A stretch of DNA of 64,000 nt from positions 62,001 to 126,000 of the forward strand of contig NMRA01000753.1 in NCBI GenBank assembly GCA_002633005.1, written 5' to 3'. Both the position numbers and the translations under genes were made by a program. The notes under the pieces are model-generated. The model worked only from the letters and a program-made list of their open reading frames with translations. It did no database searches and was not told where the DNA came from. This document shows, in pieces, positions 34,430-48,548 of this stretch; position 1 is the first letter of the stretch, and the number at the start of each line of letters is the position of its first letter. This DNA comes from Phoronis australis (Eukaryota; Animalia; Phoronida).

Positions 34430-37400
34430 GTGGGTACAATCTTATTACGCATTTCATTGACAAGAGGTGTATGCGTTTCTCCCGAGTTCTACATTGTTAG
34501 TGAATGGTTGCCCAATAACACGAAAGACGTGTGAACTCGCGTAAACCAAGGAGTAAAGTTCATATTATTTTTGTATTGGACGGAACGAATTTCATGGTGT
34601 AGTATGTTCAACACTTTAAATTTCCAAGTGTCTATAAACCGATGTTCTGTCAAATAAGCCAACTGTTGATTTAGATCACGTATAAAATGGTTTCAATTAC
34701 TCGGAAGAAAAGTGATGTCCTGGTTTTGAATGAACTGACAGGACCATTCTGTAAGCATATATTGAACCGCCGTGACAAGCCAAATCTGTTGCCTGGTTTC
34801 AATCAATTGCCAACTGTCAGTTCCCTACAAGCCCTGAAATTACCAAAAATCGCATCTTTGATTGAGACCAATGATTCTAGGGTGAGTGGTCGAAATCAAT
34901 GTTGTTTTTGCAGTGGAGAGTAGGTATACAGATGTTGACTCATTTCGTTCTCTGGTTTATAAAAGAACTCGGTGTGCCTCGTTCGCCACTAGACACAAAC
35001 ACAAACTTTTTTTATACGATTACATTTTATTTTACAATGTGTTCAAACTGTGTCTCCCACATAAAAACGAAACAGCCATTGGAAAAACCTAGTTTATCGT
35101 TTGCTAATCTATAAAGGCAAGATTCACGCCTTCCTTAAAACAAACTGGTGGCGGCAATATTTAGTCACTAGAGGATCATAGATAGGGAATACAAGTGATG
35201 AGTCGATAGTGAGATACAACCTCTTATACACGGCAATAAGTCGTCTATTTTTCCCTGTTTACTAGGCATAATACTTAAGAAGACATTCTTTTTTAGTGTG
35301 TACACTGTACGGTACGTGCCTGGGGAAGACCGTCTATACCTAGTATACTAACGTCCGCTAGTGTTCGAGATGGGCCACAGTTGCCAAGGAGGTTGACAAT
35401 TAATTCCTAAGGGGTCATCATTTTAGACAGTTCAACAGCCATTAAACTGGTCTATGTCGGGCCGACAAAACATTATTCCTACACTCCCATCATGACTATA
35501 ATCGCCTTAACATCAGGGCCTGTGTTGACCACATTACCCGCACACGGACAACATTAGGCTTTACACAAGCTGCCCAAACTCAATAGCATTAACCTGTCCG
35601 TGTTCGCGGGACGGCCTGTGTTGTTTTTACTAGACCCCAAAGGTGCACTCTCAAATCGTTCAATTTCGTAATAGTAAAGAAAGTTGTTTAGACAGTCAGT
35701 TGTTCAAAGTTCTAATGTGAACACCGGTTGGCTTTCCGAAGACTCGGTATTTTGCATTCTACCACGGGTTTAAAAGCTCAGAACCGTATTACTGAAACAG
35801 GGCACACCGAAAAAGCCACAAATCCCTGTATAAGTTTGGTCGGTGTTAAAACGGAAGCCTGTAGTTTATTTCGCGTCTTCTCATCGTCGTTTAAGTGTAA
35901 AACAAAGAGATTTAACAGCATAATAATGATATGTTGTCTAAATATAGCCATTTGTTAATTTCACAGCTGATAAGGAACTGTCGGGATTTCTATCAGTTGA
36001 TATGCTGGCCGCTTTAACATGTCATTAATTGACCATAGAAGCTCAGGTAGGCGAGATAACGCTATCTAAATGTAGGTTTTGAGGTTTAAGCAATCGCTAA
36101 TTTTGTCAAGTGTAAGGTCTATATGCTTACCATGATATTTATCATTGGGCAATACACAAATGCCCGGATATAGTACTGGGCGCTAGTTAGAATACACACA
36201 ATATTCACATCATTTTCGGAATTCACTTAACTGAAGTCTCTCCTGTTCTGAAACTCAGCTTTTATTCTATGATAACTAATATGCTTCAGTAGTATTTTGG
36301 TCCGAGAATAAAAGAAAAAAATAACAATTAGAAATGTTATGTTCTTTTTATAGTCTACCACGCATATGTCAATCAAAGTAATTTTCTATTCAAACTTACC
36401 TCCTAATTCACTAGTAAAAGCCTTATTGACGTGGTTATGTTTTTCTTTTTGATAAGTTTCAACACTAGTACAAGGGAGTATTCTACAATGTTTAACAACC
36501 TCAAGGCTAGGATTTCCAATGAAAATAGTATCAATCTAAGATGGTTACGACCTTCAAATTTTTTTTCTTTTTGTCCATGCGGTATAAAGGCAGAGCGAAC
36601 AGGAGAAGACGACGACCTGCTTAGTACGTTGTGTTCGTGGACACGCTTTCATTTGGTCACGACCCGTTTCATATTGCTAAGCTGGGTTTGCCTAACTTAG
36701 CTTAGACTTTCAGGTGTCCAATTAAATATCTATTTTTAACAACAAAAGAAATCATTGCTTTTTCCTTGCGAAGATGAGAAAAGAAGTTGCCTCTGTGACG
36801 ATGACTGTCAAGGTCCTTTATGGTAGCCTGTTACATAAAACACTTGTGCACCAGTTCGACGACCATTGTCAAAGCTAAAACCCACATGCTTCATCAATTG
36901 CTCTTATTTTCATACTCCATAAAGCGTCTACTTTATTACTTGCCTCGTTTAATAGGCTGTTATTTCTCCAAACTTCGTGTCAATCAAAGTTTGTAGTTCG
37001 AGAAGGTTGGCGAGATTTACTTAGCCCCACTTGCCGGCTTCGCACGCGGGCGCATATAAACACGGAACCATGTAATGTTTTTGCGTCTCTCCTGGTTGAT
37101 TCTATAAAAACTTCGAGCGCGGGCAAGACTGGAATTTTAGTACGTTACTTCATAGCATCGTCTCAATTTGTACAAATCACGTGTTCTATTGTGTTAGAGC
37201 ATGCAGAATGAATTGGTTTGTCGGTGGAAAACAGTCTTCGGCTTTGTAAATTCAAAACAAATATTTTACTTCCATTTTTCGCCCAACAAAACACTTTCAT
37301 GCACCTGTTTTCTTAGTAGACGTCTGATGGTTCGTGGTTTATACTAAAGGACCTTTACGCAATATCTGATTTTCTTTTTGACTGTAGTCAACGCCAAAAA

Positions 37401-37956
37401 TTAAATGTTTGCTTTCGCTGTGACAATGCTGCCAGGCAGTTTTCATTCAAACGATAAACGAATCCTTTGGATTCACTTACTGGCGATGAATTCCGATCCT
37501 TTTGCGACGCATGTTTTGGATGCTTTCCATCTACTTCCCACTTCCCACACATATCGATGGCGAAATAAAAACGCTCGAGCCATCGCAAATATTAAGCAAC
37601 TCGCGACTCTCAGTTCCTTTGACATATTAAAACAGCCGACGAAGAAGGGAATACTTGAAAAGGCAGTTTCACGGCGTTCAATGGTGTGACGTAAGCCGTC
37701 CTTGTGCACACTGTGTTTCTACCTTTAGGAAACGGTGATGAAGTGTTGACACTGGAGTTGATTAGAACAAATTAAGCTCACGGACACTGACCACCCGGTC
37801 GTCACCAGTGGCACCCTTTGCATGGTCATTACGTTAACCCTGATATCGGTCGTCAAATACTGGGTTTCTCCAAATTTTCACTGTTGCCTGCAAATCACCT
37901 ATTTTGGTAAAAAAAAACAGTCTTTGTTGCTCTACTGTTCAAATACAACCCAGACT

Positions 37957-38028
37957 CATGGGCGGCGCAGCATAGGGGGCTGGGGGGGGGGGGGGNGGGG
38001 GGGGGGGGGGGGTATTGCACCGCCCATG
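37957..38028. mobile_element. Tiny TIR element, mostly a G-tract, with 5-bp TSD
   Basis: TIRs CATGGGCGGCGCA / TGCACCGCCCATG (12/13); exact TSD AGACT at 37952-37956 and 38029-38033; contains an N, so true length is uncertain. Confidence 0.75.
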
Positions 38029-38602
38029 AGACTACGTGTAGGTTTCAATCTGAGATTGTTTCACTGAAAATCTTTTCATTCTTGAAGTAAAGGAAATTCG
38101 TTTTGCTAAGCGAAAGATTGTGGGTTTTTTTGGTGTAGCATTTCAGGCAAACAAGCGCAATCAACCTGCAGCAGCTAGTTCCTTGAACTGTTATAGGTTT
38201 CATCAGTATTGGCTGGTAAACTTTCAATGTCACCGATTGACTACAAAAAGGACGGAAAAATAAACTTGTGTGTGGTTTGACGTTTTTTTAAGGAATATCA
38301 CGTTCCTCCAATTCAAACAGGACTCTTAAGAGTATAATTGGGTTACGGCTCATCTCTCTTAAATTGCTAGAATTTTGTTGAATTTCATTTGCCGTTTCAA
38401 TTCACCCGCTTGTCACATAAATGCCAAAGTAAACAGGCTAACCAGTCAGCAGACACTTCCGCTGTCGTCTGCCTACTCCTCTAAAATATAGTATACCGAA
38501 GTGAACGGCGTAAGACAAGTATGTTTTGCACTGTGTTTGAGGATAATCCATGATTTTTTATTTGCTGTTTTCAAACTAACACATTTTTACGTCATCTTTC
38601 AG

Positions 38603-38718
38603 CGCTTTGCACCGATAATGTGATGACGAAGAAGCAGGTGTTTGAGTTGTTGTCTGCTTTATGCGTCTACTCCGCGGATGGATACACGCGTGCTTTGGAC
38701 ACGTTAACCAGCTATAAG
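38603..38718 (+). CDS. INF2: INF2-like exon (ALCTDNVMTKKQVFELLSALCVYSADGYTRALDTLTSYK)
   Basis: KKQVFELLxALCxYS signature; acceptor TCTTTCAG, donor AAG|GTAATA; phase 1 to 0, in frame with both neighbours. Confidence 0.95.
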
Positions 38719-41700
38719 GTAATAAAAAAACATCTCCATTTATAAAACTAGCATATGATAATGGGGTGTCAGGTTTCTAAAATGTTGTCATTTAAGTTGC
38801 AGTGACGACTCACACGCTGCATTAAATCTATTATAATTCAAGCTGTTTTTTTCATTTGCATAGTTTTCTTTATAAACACTTGTTGTGTGACATTCCTCAG
38901 CCGTCTGCATTTCACGAAATACATTTCACCAAAAATACCGCCCCCTTTTTCATTCTTTGGCGCCATAAACAGCTAAATACGACTAAATTTTACTGAAAAA
39001 AGCGAAAGCATGGAAAAATTGTTTAAGAAATTTTTTCATTTTGTTTTCAAATAGTGTGTCCCCTACCTGTGGTCGAACATACAAGTGAGAACATAAACAC
39101 CAGGACTCTTCTCCGACGTACACAGTACAATGAATAAATGTCAACGAATTCTGAGATTCAGAAATGGTTTTTAACTGATTTTTACTTTTCTGAAGAAAAA
39201 ACCTCGTAACCAGTGCCCAGTTCTACATTGCTGCCGTATCGTTGATTTTCGTCCTGTCATCCCGAACAAGTGAAAGCCAAGAGTTCACTTCTAGCTCACC
39301 TCACCGACTTTGAGCCGTACGACAAACACTGCCTTCTATAATCCTTTTATTTCAAATAGACTCCTTACAGCGAAGTAAGCTCAAGACTTACCCTCTTCGT
39401 CGAAGCCGTAGGTAAAAATAGACTGCGGCGACAAACACTTTGGAAAAACATAACGTAACCTTGCGCGAAAATTTCACTGCAGCTGATCAGTTTTACATGG
39501 GCATATTTACAATCGCAAACTCTCTGTGTACTTTTGCCACAAGTCTAAGAAAGCTGAGAAAGTTATTAAAATCACAATTGCTCATAAAACGGCACACGTG
39601 ATCTGGAGCAGATCTACTCTACGTTCTACAATGGACTGCTGGAACAATTACCCATGACAGAGAATACCCGAAGACAAAAATGTGTCTATAAAATAAATAT
39701 GAACAAAAACAAATGAAGTGAATGTTTACATTATTTGTAACGTAACCTGCACTCCATCTATCATGGCGTTGACAGGGCCGCAGTAAATGAACAAGTTACT
39801 GCAAAGAAATGAATTATTCTCGTGACCTTTTACACCTTCGTGAACTGCTGTTGGTATTTTGTGGTTTTCACCTGACTAAAATGCCTCTTTCAGCTTTGCC
39901 GCTTTTATAATTTGATATACATGTCAATCTGATATTGAGGTATGGCCAAGGTTCATGTATCAGCTGCTTCTGATCCGACTGTCGCCCACTAGTTAGCTGA
40001 TGCCCGGTGATCAGAGGATTTAATGGTGAAAGTTGTTTTCCGGTAACAGACATTGTAAACTCAAAATTTCACTAACCTACGTTACACAGAAATAGAAGAA
40101 TGATTTGGACCGTTTAAAAAGAATGGCTCTATACGGGTTGTTTTAGACCTACACGATGCACGAAAAGTAGTCCGTCACGAGACTGGCTAGGCTGAATAGA
40201 TCTACATGTGTGCAAAAGTCTGAATAGATCTACATGTGTGTAAAGGGAATGACTCCGAGTCTCGTGCCTGTTTTAACTACTAAAACGTTTAGTTCAAACA
40301 AAACACGTTGTGTCCAGAAACCGAAGACGAAACCATTATAAATTAATATGAAAATAAAAAATCCCGTACTTTTCACCTCTTCAGTCGTCGTCGCTCGGTC
40401 AAGCGTTCATTACCATGGCTACAAAGTTGTTGCAGTAGCGCATTGCCATGTTCAGTAAAGAGGAGACCGAGAATGCAAATCCCTACGTGATACGTTATAC
40501 GTTATACAGAACAGCAGGTAGAACAGGTGGTTTATTTCAACTCTAGTGAGTTCCACCCCTTTACCACCCCTTAACCCTGCTCGTTATTGTACAAGAACAA
40601 TTCGGTAAACCACAGCTGCACTGTACAGTACTATCGACCATAAATTTCGCAAATAAGAGAGAAGAACGCCCATTCATACCTGCATCAGGTTTATGAATGA
40701 ACCAAACACTTATACCCCGAGGAAAGTTCGGCAAACTTATGTCGCCCACACACTTTCTACATGATTTATCTGGTACCATCAATGTTATCAAAGCGGTCAT
40801 ATCACTTTGATTAATAACGCGGTTGACATGTCGCCCATGCCTGTTAATAACAGCGACAGGGTTTTATGTTTTCTATGGAAGAGCAAAAAATAGCATGATG
40901 CGGTATATTTTAGATCATATTTTCAAATAGAAAAAGTCACGTGCTGCTAGGCCGTGCGTGGTCTTTCCTTTTCCCCAGCGTCACCTGAACCCCGCTGAAA
41001 CGGACCAGTATCCTTTTTCTGCAGTGTCACATGAAGCCAGCCCAATGGATCAGGATCCTTCGAGCTTTCGTTAATCAGTGATGCGCACGTTTTAAAGATT
41101 AGTCAGATCAGAACCAATGATGCTACTTTTGGCTTGTAACTTGATTTCTAACGCTGAACCTGCTTGTGAGGGGCAAAGACTTGGTTTTGGTCTCCGAGGT
41201 CATCTCGCGTGTTTTGTTGTACACAGGAGAATTAACGAATTCGGAATAAATCACAAATTTTTATACGAATCACTGAACAAAAATGGCCAGACGTTAGATC
41301 ACAATTTGCCTGGTCGCATCTTCAACCAATCACATTAAAACAGCAAAATAACCCAAGAAGTGGATATCTTTCGTAAGAAACTGCCTGTCGATAGTTTTGA
41401 TAGTGTGCGATACCGTGACGTGATTACATGACATGACAGAGTTTTTAAAAACCTAATGGATCATAACTTTTAATGATTTCATTTTTATTTCGACCCCAAC
41501 CACACAAATAATGATTAAACTGATAAAATTGTCACGTGTTTTAGTCGAAAGCGTGTAGATATAGCTCAGTTGGTGCGAGATCTCTTACAGCCAGCCGTGG
41601 GAATGAAAGCTTGTTCAGCACAACGTTCATTGAGAACATTTAAAACAGCCTGTATTGCAGAGACAAGCTTTTATCTTGTGTTATTATTGACAATATGCAA

Positions 41701-43291
41701 TATCCTTGGACTTGAAAAGTAGTCATTGTTAGTGCGGTCATTTTGTCTTGTCGACTGGCCTAGTTTTCATAAAGCACTTCACAATTCATATCTAAGACGG
41801 TATACTGCTCTTCTGCTAGATTGAATAACGGGAAATTCTTATGTGAGTGAATCTGTTAAAATAAACAGATGATCAAGTGTAAATTTTTAGTCAAATAAAC
41901 CTTTAAACTCTTTAATGTTCCCCGGTTACGGCTCATTTAGTAATGTGTTCGTAACCTCGCGAAATAGTCTTCCACATTTGTTTTCCACATTTGTTCTCAT
42001 TCTGAAGGTCGTCTGTTGAGTCATTTCAAAATTACGCTTTCCCTTTTATAAGACGTGTTCCTATTTAAAAAAATATTCACGAGCTGCATGAAGTGTCCAA
42101 AGAAACGCATTTTCGAAGCTTCTGGATGCGCATTATTTTATGTTTTTCTGTCAATGTTTGAAAAATACAAGACGAATTGGGTGCTCCGTAACTGTAACAC
42201 CGACTACGATTTAATGCTTGCAAGAGAAGCTGCCGTTACTTATTATTCGGAAAATGATGATAAAGGTAATGCTATAATGCCAACATAAAACACCTCCTAA
42301 TGATCACTTGGTATTACCTGATGATCACTTAGCGTCTGTCACCTCCTGGCGTTAGTCACCATCACAATGGCACGTTGCGGTCGATACTTTACCATTTGTG
42401 AACTCATAAAACGGGTTAAACATCTCTTACAGCGTCTTACACCTTCTTATTTGATGAGGGTATTGGTAACGAAGAAGGTCGAGGTGTACTCGGCCTTCAC
42501 GAACGAGGAAAAGAAATTTGTTTTAAATTAAACAGATGGAAAGGTGAACTTGTCACTTTACATTTGAACGACGTAACTGTAAACTCCGATAGACAAGTTC
42601 AGGTCAGTCCGGTTTGTCTGACTCTTGTACCCAAACTATTTAAAATAAATTCGATAAAAATGAAAACAAATAAAAATATTTGAAATGATCGCCAACGTTG
42701 ACACCAGGTGTGTGTGACACTTAGTACCTGGTCACTGGCAACTGTTCCAGAAAGAAGTTCGGTTTTCCATTACGCTCACATTAAATGCCTCCAGCAATAA
42801 GGTTGCGACGTGGAGTACTTATTACAAAGTGATAACTGATTCTGTAAAATAAGGTCAATGGTTACTATTGAATTCGTCATCACTGGTCAGTATAAACCGG
42901 AAGTGGGCCTCAGGGCTCTACAATTGTGGTTCGTCTGATAGATAAAATCAGGCGCCTTCTGCAGACTCCTGTCCAACTGAGAAGATTCCATCCAAACTCA
43001 TTGCGCACTCCCATAGATGGTGTATATATTTTTGCATGGACAGGTTCCATGCAAAGTGTGCCTTTTCCGACTGAATTCTTTATGAACATGTTTGGAGTGA
43101 CGGAAACAATTGTTGACCTTTATCGAATATAGTCCACGAAAGCCTGTCTCGGGGTCTATCACAATTTTCCAACAGCACATCCCTGTTTAATTATAGTTCA
43201 CTTCTCATCGGGAGGAAAACTGAGTAGTTCGTGTTTCCTTAACTGTTTGTTTCAATGCAGGTTTTTGTTTACGTGTAAATTATTTTTGCAG

Positions 43292-43451
43292 GAGCAAAAG
43301 AAGTGTCGTTACCGCTTTAGCCTGATAATCGACGAACTGCGAAATGCAGAGAATATTTATTATAAGACGACGTTGCTGGCATTTATCAACTGTATCATTA
43401 TATCTACTGTAAAGTTGGAAGAAAGGGTCAGAGTTCGAAATGAATTCATAG
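43292..43451 (+). CDS. INF2: INF2-like exon (EQKKCRYRFSLIIDELRN...RVRVRNEFI), FH3/DID
   Basis: YRFS...TLLAFIN...RNEFIG motifs; acceptor TTTTTGCAG, donor G|GTAAGT; phase 0 to 1. Confidence 0.95.
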
Positions 43452-44683
43452 GTAAGTTATAGTTTCGCAACTATGGCGCGATAGGGATGACTTTACTAAC
43501 TTCATTTGAAAAGAGTTCTTTGTTTACCAGGTACAGCGGCACATCGTTTTCACCTGCGCGCGCATTTCTTTAATTTCCGAGAGGCTTCCTTAGCAAGTGC
43601 TATCGACGACGATAAGGAGGGCTTCACATGCACAGTGTTTCAATGGTTTAAATATAATATCTGATTACAGTTAATCAAGACCTGAACATTCACTTAAATT
43701 TGTACAAACACCGATAAGTCGGAACCATCTGCATATCACTGACTGATATATCCACAGTGACGTTGCAAATGATAAAATTGGGCGAGGCTTGAGAATAATT
43801 GGATCTCGTGTACTTCAAAGACAAATGCGGCCTTGTGATAGTGGAAATTCTTGCTGTCTTTTCTCACTATGGCTTAATTTGGTTAAAATCGTGTAATTTA
43901 ACTATATCGCGTTGAACATAACCTATATGTTGGCTACTGCTGCAACAGATTTACCTTTGACGATAAAGTACACGTAATTTATGGAAAAATTATTGCGAGT
44001 CACTATTATTGGAATGTAATAGCACTGGTTTGATGGAAAAATGTTTTTGTGCAAATCACGGTAACCGTTGATTTTTACAAAACCTGTCGTGATTTTTTGT
44101 CTGTGCCAAAAGAATTAAGTCAGTCAGTCACTAGAGGCCATTACTGGCGATATTAGGACCTACGCTGTTTTACATGCGTGTTTAAAGCAGCCATTGTTAT
44201 TTAGCCATTCTGCACCAAACTGCACGTAGTCCATAATGACGGTGTATAACACAATGTGACAGGTAATTGCAATTCAACGGGGTTATAAGCAATCTATGTC
44301 AAAACTGCAGTGCTTTAGAAATCAACAATGGTGTAACTGTTTATAATAACAGTGTATCACATGGTCATTTTTATGTGAGAAAATAGATACCATATTTGCC
44401 AGGGGTAAGAATTTAGTTTTATACTTTGTGTTAGTTTCAGTGGGAACGCACAATGAACCCAAATCGTGGCTGAAATGTCGAGGTCTTCCTAACCACATTT
44501 CAATTACTCAACACGTTAGACCTTTGCGATAGAGCACTCAACACCTTTAGTGCAAAATCATGCCTACTGCTTAACACCCATCACATTTTTTTCTGAATGA
44601 GCGAGTATAACATCATGAACCAAGCCAGTAGTACCGCAAAACAGGCAGATGACATTTAGTTTTCATCAGCGTCACCCTCATAT

Positions 44684-44965
44684 CGTCATTGTCAGTATTT
44701 TCACAATCGTCTTAGTTGTCATTTACATCATCATCACCATCACCACAATCATCATCGTCATCACCATCATCATCACTATCACCCTCAGCATCATTATCGT
44801 CACACCATCACTATCATCACCATCACCACAATCTATCACCACCACCATCGTCATCATCAACACCACCATCACCACCTCCGTCATCACTGTCCTCATTATC
44901 ATCGCTATCATCATCATGATCACACCATCACCTTCATCACCACCATCATCACAGTCATCACCATC
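44684..44965. repeat. Degenerate (CAT/CAC)n trinucleotide microsatellite
   Basis: About 280 bp of ATC/ACC triplets; the source of several low-complexity ORFs in the track. Confidence 0.95.
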
Positions 44966-47900
44966 GCCAACAACAGTCACAGCCACCCTTGCCTACGCCT
45001 TTCCGTATTGCCGTCCTCAACCTTTGTAACATTCCCGACACCTGTGTATGGTCGTCAACATAATAATCATCCTCGTTATCGGCCCGGCTTCTCAACAACT
45101 GTTGCAGTACTAGCGCCATCAATCGCTGAAACGTCACATTGTTAGCCACAGACAAATCAGGCCTTGTTCAATTTGTGGAGACATACCTGTTATGTATTAT
45201 GTATTATAACACGGAATTGAAAAGGTTGAGACTACAGTCGTGTGTGTATAAGGAAGCCAAGAAAACTTAGATCCGATTAATGTGTTCCTGGCCATTCATG
45301 GCCAGTGTACAGAACGCGAGTCTGTGTTTAACCATCTGTTTGTCAACGACTAGTTCTACTTGAGAACAGAAATGGACTATTCCCTAAGTACATGGCTACC
45401 ATCAATATTAGTCCATCTCTAAGCACTTACGGTTCATGGGTCATCCGGCGGTTTGCAAAAAGAAATGTGAAACTGTGGCGCGAATGTAAGAATATGTTGC
45501 CTTGTCTACCTGTCAGTCAAGTTTTCGTAATTTGATCCTTGAAACGTGCATGAACTTGACAGTCAAACATAATTGTATTGAGGCCCCTGTACCTCAATTC
45601 CCATAATAGTTAGGACTTCCATCTTACCTTGAGTGGTATACAACAATACTAGAACAGTGTATCCTTATTTCAACTAAATTAAAATATTACGGTCAGCGGA
45701 TTGTCAAGACAACGACTGACGAATTGTGTGTATGTTGACTGCATTGAATATTTTAACTTCTTAAAACTAGTAATTCGTGCTACAGGTGTAGTAGTGGTAG
45801 TAACAATCTTTATTTAAAAGTCGGTGTAAGCCTACATTGAGGTGTTTCGGAAAATTTCACTGTTTTACAGCTTCAAAATGACTAAATCGACCCTGCATGA
45901 AGCACACATAGTTCCTAGCGTCATAAAATGGGCAAAAGTTTTAACTAAATACAGATTTAGCTCATTGCTTTGACAATCTCAGTCGGCATTGGCTACTAAA
46001 CGTTTGCAAAAATTGGGGGAAATGCCACTTGGTGTAGCCTCGTGACTAACAAGTTAGAGTCGGGCTACTCAGAACGCCGAGGTTCTCAATATATAGGCCC
46101 TGTCGAACTAATGTCCACCCCTCCCCCGAAGGCAACTTAGGATGCTTCCACACAGATATTATTGACTAACGGCTGGCTACACACAAATCATTGATAACCC
46201 TGGCAGTAGACTTGGTTCTACTCAGCAATAAAAAGACGTCTATCGTCCAATGTTCCACTGGTCATTTGTTTCTTTCCTGCCAGTCATGCAAAACGTTACC
46301 TGTTTCAAGAAGTCCAAAAAATCACAGATCTTCAGCGTAAAAATCGTTGAGGCTATAAAATCCCTTTTCCCGGATGCTTGAACAACGGTGACGAATGGAT
46401 GTCCACGCGATTTCGTTGGCAGCAAAATTTCGATAATTAAATTGCACAATATTATTAGTTAGCGATAGGCCTGTGTGCATGTATTAATAGCGATAAGACT
46501 GCACCTTTTTCAACGATACAAGCGATATTTGAAGTGCTCTGTTGTAGCACCGCGGGTTACGCAAAACTAAGGAGTAGCTCCATTCAGTTCCATGTTGACT
46601 CCTAAATGTTTCCGACATATATCTCATTCCCTTAATTGAACACTTCAGATTCAGTGTGTGTGTTTCTTTTGAGAGGTGCCTTCGGGTGCAATATTTCGTA
46701 TAATCGAAATTGAACACTGTTAAATAGCAGGTGTTTGCAGGATTTAATGTTGCCATATTACCCGCACAATATGTGGGAGAGAAATATACAAATATTTGTC
46801 CACTGTCATTGACCGCCAGGGGCTACTAGGTGTTTGGTCAAGATTTAAAACTGACGTCTGGCAACTTGTGGTTTGTAAAGGTGTTCTGACAGGTGAATCA
46901 AACATATGTTGACTGGAACATTGTCAAAGGACATTATCAATGAGCCCACCATTGTTGTAAGCACACTGATAAAATTTAACTTCGTGGCATTGAGTTAAAG
47001 ACGGGGGTCACTAAACGTTGGTGGAAATGTGCTGGACATACATAGATAAATGCTAAGGATAAATCGTTACCTATAACGTGTCCATCGGCCATCATGTTGC
47101 CGTCACAGATTGTCACGAGTGTTGGCCATGCAGTCGCCTTTTGAAAATTAGAAAATGATAGCTCAATTAATTTCAAGAATGATCGCCATAAAATTCTTTA
47201 CAATTCTTACTTAATGGTGCGCATCAATTGTTACCAGTTGATTTTGTGGGAATTTGGCGGTACGTTCTTTGCTCAAGAAGCGCTTTATTCGTACTTGCCA
47301 CAAGAAACATGGTAGAGGTTCACTCATCGTTCTATTTGTTTTTCCTTTATCATCTGTGCACGTATGAACTTTTGAATGTATGTTGTAGCACCCCAGACGC
47401 CTGGTAAATTTGGCAATTTTTGATTCTTTCAAAAAATGCAGCTCTGTCCCAAATCACAAAAATGGATCACGAAATGCCTCCAGAGTTTCAATACAGATGA
47501 ACTGTCACGTGACCGAATGCATGGCCCAGCAAGACTGGCTGGCTTCCACTTGGAAGTGAGGCTTGCGCGCACATCTCAACCTCGGGCAAATTGCGTATTA
47601 CAACTGAACTAAATATCTACCTTTGACAAGGCTCAACATAATAACGGTCCTTCATTGCCCTGCCACTGTAAAGTTAAATGCATTAATATACGAGACTACT
47701 TATCGGCTTAGCGACTGTTATTTTGTATTTCTGCAATGATATTAAATAACGAGTCTCCAACTCACTGTGGCTCTTTCCGAAATAAGAATTCATTTTGCAT
47801 GATTAATGTGTAAAGATTTGTGATGTGAGCTACTGACCGCTAAAAATTCTCAATCAGAAATGCAGGCTGTAACGTTTTTCTGAAATTTGTGACGATCGTG

Positions 47901-48514
47901 TGTCTATATGCTCGTCATAACACCGGTATATCACTTATTAACTGTTAATTGTGAATTCTAAAGGGTTTATTTGGTGTCATGAATGAGCAGCTCTTGTGAT
48001 AAACATCGCGTAAGGATTAAGTTACTCAGTTGCACTTAACGCCTCTAGACGTGTATAGAGACCTCTTGTATCGTATTGCAGAGACTAAAAGCCTGTCAAA
48101 GACACTCTTTTATTAAAGTCACCTAACACCAACTATAAAACAATATAGGGCGGATTCAGTATGCACAAACTGTCTCAGTTTCATTCCGCTTTTAATAAAC
48201 CGAGGTACCACGCATTCGGTACTTTGAGTGTTGCCAAAATCGACATTACAAACTACCTACATGCTCCTCTGATTCGTTAATGTTTTTGGTACTGTACACA
48301 ATTGACGTTGAGACCACCTGATTTGCGTTGATATGTTAAAGATTTGCCAGGTTTACTCAATTAACACTGTGAGACATTTTGTTAACTACTGTCTCTGGAT
48401 GACCTTTTAATAAATGGACATTCGAGTTGCACTTATTATGGTTGAAGTTTATAAAAAACTTGGTTTGATTTCTGTCCCGCTGTTTTCACCATTCCTTTTA
48501 TTTTGTATTTTCAG

Positions 48515-48548
48515 GGCTTAAATTACTCGAAGTATTAAATGGATTGAG
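48515..48548 (+). CDS. INF2: INF2-like 34-nt micro-exon (GLKLLEVLNGLR)
   Basis: Long polypyrimidine tract + TTTTCAG, donor AG|GTAAGA; phase 1 to 2 bridges the flanking exons; matches the recalled GLQLLDVLARLR. Confidence 0.92.

Noticed and set aside
41555-41600. TAGCTCAGTTGG tRNA A-box-like sequence
   Set aside because: No B box or cloverleaf follows.
44649-45029. Ile/Thr-, Ser/His- and Met/Val-rich ORFs
   Set aside because: Translations of the (CAT/CAC)n microsatellite.
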